NCBI GenBank assembly: GCA_035284865.1
Contig: JAYKHL010000082.1
Coordinates: forward strand, 476 to 64,475
From: Candidatus Sericytochromatia bacterium
Lineage (GTDB): Bacteria; Cyanobacteriota; Sericytochromatia; S15B-MN24; JAQBPE01
Reading direction: 5' to 3'
Length of the DNA: 64,000 nucleotides
Shown here: positions 61,801 through 64,000 of the stretch, one piece after another
How the letters are laid out: each line of letters begins with the position of its first letter
Numbering within the stretch: position 1 is the stretch's first letter
Program-made: the position numbers and the translations under genes
Notes under the pieces: model-generated
Seen by the model: the letters and a program-made list of their open reading frames with translations, nothing else
What the model was told of the DNA's origin: nothing
Databases searched by the model: none

Positions 61801-61892
61801 GGCACCTCTGTGCCCGGCGCGCCGGGTTCGGGAGACTCGCCCCAGGCGAAGAAGCGGGCGTTCGGCAGCCATGTGCCGTGCAGCACGAACAT
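58818..61892 (-). CDS. SNF2-family (Swi2/Snf2) helicase/ATPase
   Basis: [45 protein letters not shown], the helicase-C motifs LVFSQF...[41 protein letters not shown], and a ~500-aa N-terminal extension are present. Confidence 0.9.
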   Translation of the reverse strand: [1024 protein letters not shown]

Positions 61893-61997
61893 AGCTTTCC
61901 CTAGCGTAGCATCAACCCTGGCGGATGGCCATGGCAGGGGGGCAAGAGATGCACCACAACCCTTGAAAAGGGTGAACCGGGAGCTGGCATGGCCCGA

Positions 61998-63056
61998 TCA
62001 GGCCTCTGCCCCGCCGCCGGCTCCCCGCACGGCCTCGACCCGCGGGTGCATCACGCGGCGCCAGAGGGGCGGCACCAGCGCGAGCCAGATCATGCCGGGG
62101 TAGCCCGTGGGCAGCACCGGGCTGTCGGGGCTGAACCTGAGCTCCTCGTAGCGGCGGGCCGGGTGGGTGTGGTGATCCGCGTGGCGCTGAAGCTGGAACG
62201 TCAGCCAGTTGGACAGGCGCAGCCCTGACGCCCACGAGTGCGCGTCGGTGACCCGTTCGAAGCGTCCGCTGGGCAGCAGGCGACGCTCCAGCCCGTAGTG
62301 CTCGACGTAGTTGACGGCCTCGAGCAGCAGAAAGGCCAGCACGCCCTGGCCGAGGAAGAAGGCACCCGCTGCAGGCCCCCAGGCCAGGGCGAGGAGCCCG
62401 GCGCCGGCAAGCGGCAGCGCCGCGTAGGCAAGCATGCGGTTGCGCAGACTCCAGGGACCGTGCCCGGCCCGCGCCAGGCGAGCCGCCTCGAGGCCCCAGG
62501 CGCTCCGCCAGCTGCCCACCACCGTCCGCGGCAGGAACGTCCAGAGCGTCTCGCCGTACCGCGCGCTGGCCGGGTCCTCCGGGGTGGCGACCCGGCTGTG
62601 GTGGCCGACCAGGTGCTCGATGTAAAAGTGCATGTAGCAGGCATTCCAGAGCAGGACCTGGCCGAGGAGACGCTCGACAGGGCCTGTCTTGTGGATGAGC
62701 TCGTGGGCGGCGGTGATGCCAAGCCCCCCCGACACGACGCCAACCGAGACGAGCAACCCGGCGACCTCCCAGGGCGCCCAGGGCCCGTGGGCTACCGCCC
62801 AGGCCCCCGCCAGCGTCAGCCCGACCAGGGCCGGCGCCACCAGCCACGTGACGAGGCGGTACCCCCAATAGGCCAGGCGCGACGTGGCGCCCGGCTCGGG
62901 GTTGTGGCGGGACTCCCCGAGCACGTGGTCGAGCAGGGGCACCAGCACGAAGATCAGGCCGAAGGTGGCCCAGGTCCAGGCACCACCCAGCGCCAGGCCC
63001 GCAGCCGCGGTCAGCACGGGGAGAAACACCAGCACGAATGGCGCCATGCGCATCAT
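61998..63056 (-). CDS. AlkB-type integral-membrane di-iron hydroxylase / fatty-acid desaturase family
   Basis: The start is an internal ATG 63056. The histidine boxes are HELIHK, EHLVGHH, NYVEHYGL and LQRHADHH. Confidence 0.8.
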   Translation of the reverse strand: MMRMAPFVLVFLPVLTAAAGLALGGAWTWATFGLIFVLVPLLDHVLGESRHNPEPGATSRLAYWGYRLVTWLVAPALVGLTLAGAWAVAHGPWAPWEVAGLLVSVGVVSGGLGITAAHELIHKTGPVERLLGQVLLWNACYMHFYIEHLVGHHSRVATPEDPASARYGETLWTFLPRTVVGSWRSAWGLEAARLARAGHGPWSLRNRMLAYAALPLAGAGLLALAWGPAAGAFFLGQGVLAFLLLEAVNYVEHYGLERRLLPSGRFERVTDAHSWASGLRLSNWLTFQLQRHADHHTHPARRYEELRFSPDSPVLPTGYPGMIWLALVPPLWRRVMHPRVEAVRGAGGGAEA

Positions 63057-63130
63057 CGTCGCAGCCCTCCTGATGGCGGCGCCGCGTCGCGTCGCCCTCT
63101 CCCTCCAGTATAGCGCGCAAGCGTCGCGGT

Positions 63131-63832
63131 TCAAGGGCTTGCTGGCGCCAGCACCGCCAGGCCCCCCTCGAGGTCCAGCCCCTGGAGGGGACCTCCCGCC
63201 GCAGGGTCGGCCGAGGCCACCGCCAGGCAGAAGCCGGCAGCGGCCGCCCACTGGCCTCGCAGGCGCCCGCCGTCATGGGCGAGCCACGCGCCCGGGTTGG
63301 CGTCCGAGGCTGGCGCCAGCGTCAGGCGCGTGAGCCCCCCGGGGGCTCCGCCCAGGGCCTTGTAGGCCGCCTCCTTCAGCGCCCAGGCAATGAGCTCGCT
63401 GTGAGGTCCCCAGGGCCGCTCGGCCAGCCACGCTCGCTCCACCTCGGACAGGTAGTAGCGCGCCGCCCCGGCAGGCATCGGCTGCAGGGCCTCGAGGTCG
63501 ACCCCCACCGGCTCGTGCGAGGCCAGGGCCGCAGCGCATCCCCCGCTGTGGCTGATCGAGATGGCCGGGCCTGGCGCGCCCGACTCGGCGTGGTGCAGGC
63601 GCGGCGCGCCGCCTGGCGTGACCTCCACCTGCAGGCCTGCCAGCGGCCGTGGCCCCAGCAGACCCGCCGCTGCCTGCTTGGCCGCGAGGCGTCCGAGGAG
63701 CCAGTCTCGTCGCCGCTTCTCGACGCGCAGCTCGCGCAGCCGCTCCGCCTCGGCCGCCGTCAGCACCGCCTCGGCCTCGACCAGCGCCGCGGGCGTGCCC
63801 CTGAGCACCACGAGCACGGCGTCCGGGCTCAC
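63131..63832 (-). CDS. 4'-phosphopantetheinyl transferase (Sfp-type)
   Basis: The GTG start overlaps the upstream stop (GTGA). RRRDWLLGRLAAKQAA, ISISHSGG, VGVDLE and WALKEAAYKA are present. Confidence 0.8.
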   Translation of the reverse strand: MSPDAVLVVLRGTPAALVEAEAVLTAAEAERLRELRVEKRRRDWLLGRLAAKQAAAGLLGPRPLAGLQVEVTPGGAPRLHHAESGAPGPAISISHSGGCAAALASHEPVGVDLEALQPMPAGAARYYLSEVERAWLAERPWGPHSELIAWALKEAAYKALGGAPGGLTRLTLAPASDANPGAWLAHDGGRLRGQWAAAAGFCLAVASADPAAGGPLQGLDLEGGLAVLAPASP

Positions 63833-64000
63833 CGGCTGCCCCGGACCTGGCTGTCGACGAGCACGGCGTCATCGCCCCGCTGGCCCACGCCGTAGAGCAC
63901 ACACAGCCGCCGATCGGGGGTGGCGTCGTAGAGCACGGCCCCGTACGTGGTCGGCCCGTACACGCTGCCAAGCGGCCGGACCCCCTTCCCGAGGACGGTG
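63829..64000 (-). CDS. C-terminal 56 codons of an unidentified gene (runs off the right edge)
   Basis: The minus-strand frame reads ...SVYGPTTYGAVLYDATPDRRLCVLYGVGQRGDDAVLVDSQVRGSR-stop with strong GC3 bias. Its TGA overlaps the PPTase GTG. It is not in the ORF track. Confidence 0.4.
   Translation of the reverse strand, partial: TVLGKGVRPLGSVYGPTTYGAVLYDATPDRRLCVLYGVGQRGDDAVLVDSQVRGSR

Noticed and set aside
57346-61892. The SNF2 operon as a DISARM-, BREX- or Zorya-like anti-phage defence system.
   Set aside because: None of the obligatory partner genes (DNA methyltransferase, DUF1998 helicase partner, PLD nuclease, PglZ, ZorAB-like motor) is present within about 10 kb. The SNF2-SWIM pair looks like the conserved housekeeping-type pair. 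It is kept as a finding of unknown function, not as a defence call.
54363-61904. Plus-strand ORFs 54363..56243 (626 aa) and 58755..61904 (1049 aa).
   Set aside because: They mirror the UvrD-like and SNF2 helicase genes on the opposite strand. Their products are repetitive L/G/R/V/E-rich sequences with no motifs.

Overview
This is very GC-rich bacterial chromosomal DNA (roughly 70 percent GC by eye, not computed) and it is densely coding. I call 56 protein-coding genes (two cut by the window edges) and one tRNA-Ser(UGA). I saw no rRNA, CRISPR, transposase, integrase or phage genes.

Layout:
- 0-1.7 kb: tdk and trmFO.
- 1.7-19.3 kb: a glycan-assembly locus with a MOP flippase, five GT2 domains in four genes and four GT4 genes. 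It is interrupted by housekeeping genes: a split transketolase, a DAG-kinase-like lipid kinase and topA.
- 19.3-22.1 kb: an orphan histidine kinase, and a Y-family-polymerase 'little finger' fragment behind two LexA-type GAAC-N4-GTTC boxes.
- 22.2-23.8 kb: moeA and mog.
- 24.1-27.0 kb: three novel lipoproteins. One carries a Met/Pro hexapeptide array and one a Trp/Tyr-rich insert.
- 27.3-34.4 kb: a GT-C-like membrane protein, a signal-peptide GH1 glycosidase and a 1260-aa pseudokinase-STAND-TPR protein.
- 34.4-38.7 kb: two operons of unknown lipoproteins.
- 38.8-45.0 kb: mutM, rocD plus a class V aminotransferase, a DUF503 gene, a TPR gene and the tRNA-Ser.
- 45.1-56.2 kb: an all-minus-strand array of a UvrD-like helicase, an NHL protein, a large compositionally odd lipoprotein, two kelch lipoproteins and an S8 protease.
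- 56.6-64 kb: an EF-hand lipoprotein, an SNF2-SWIM-small-ORF operon, an AlkB-like hydroxylase and a PPTase.

Most of the very long ORFs in the six-frame track are antisense or out-of-frame shadows typical of high-GC DNA. Several real genes start well inside a track ORF, and I located those starts by Shine-Dalgarno sequence, signal peptide or conserved N-terminus.

Recurrent sequence grammar: extended -10 boxes (TGnTAnnnT), four leaderless-type starts, and ATGA/GTGA/TTGA stop-start overlaps.

The taxon cannot be assigned from sequence alone. Gram-positive-type Tdk, TrmFO, RocD and Cheo-type SOS boxes suggest a high-GC terrabacterial-type lineage. All homology statements are by-eye motif recognition; no searches were run.
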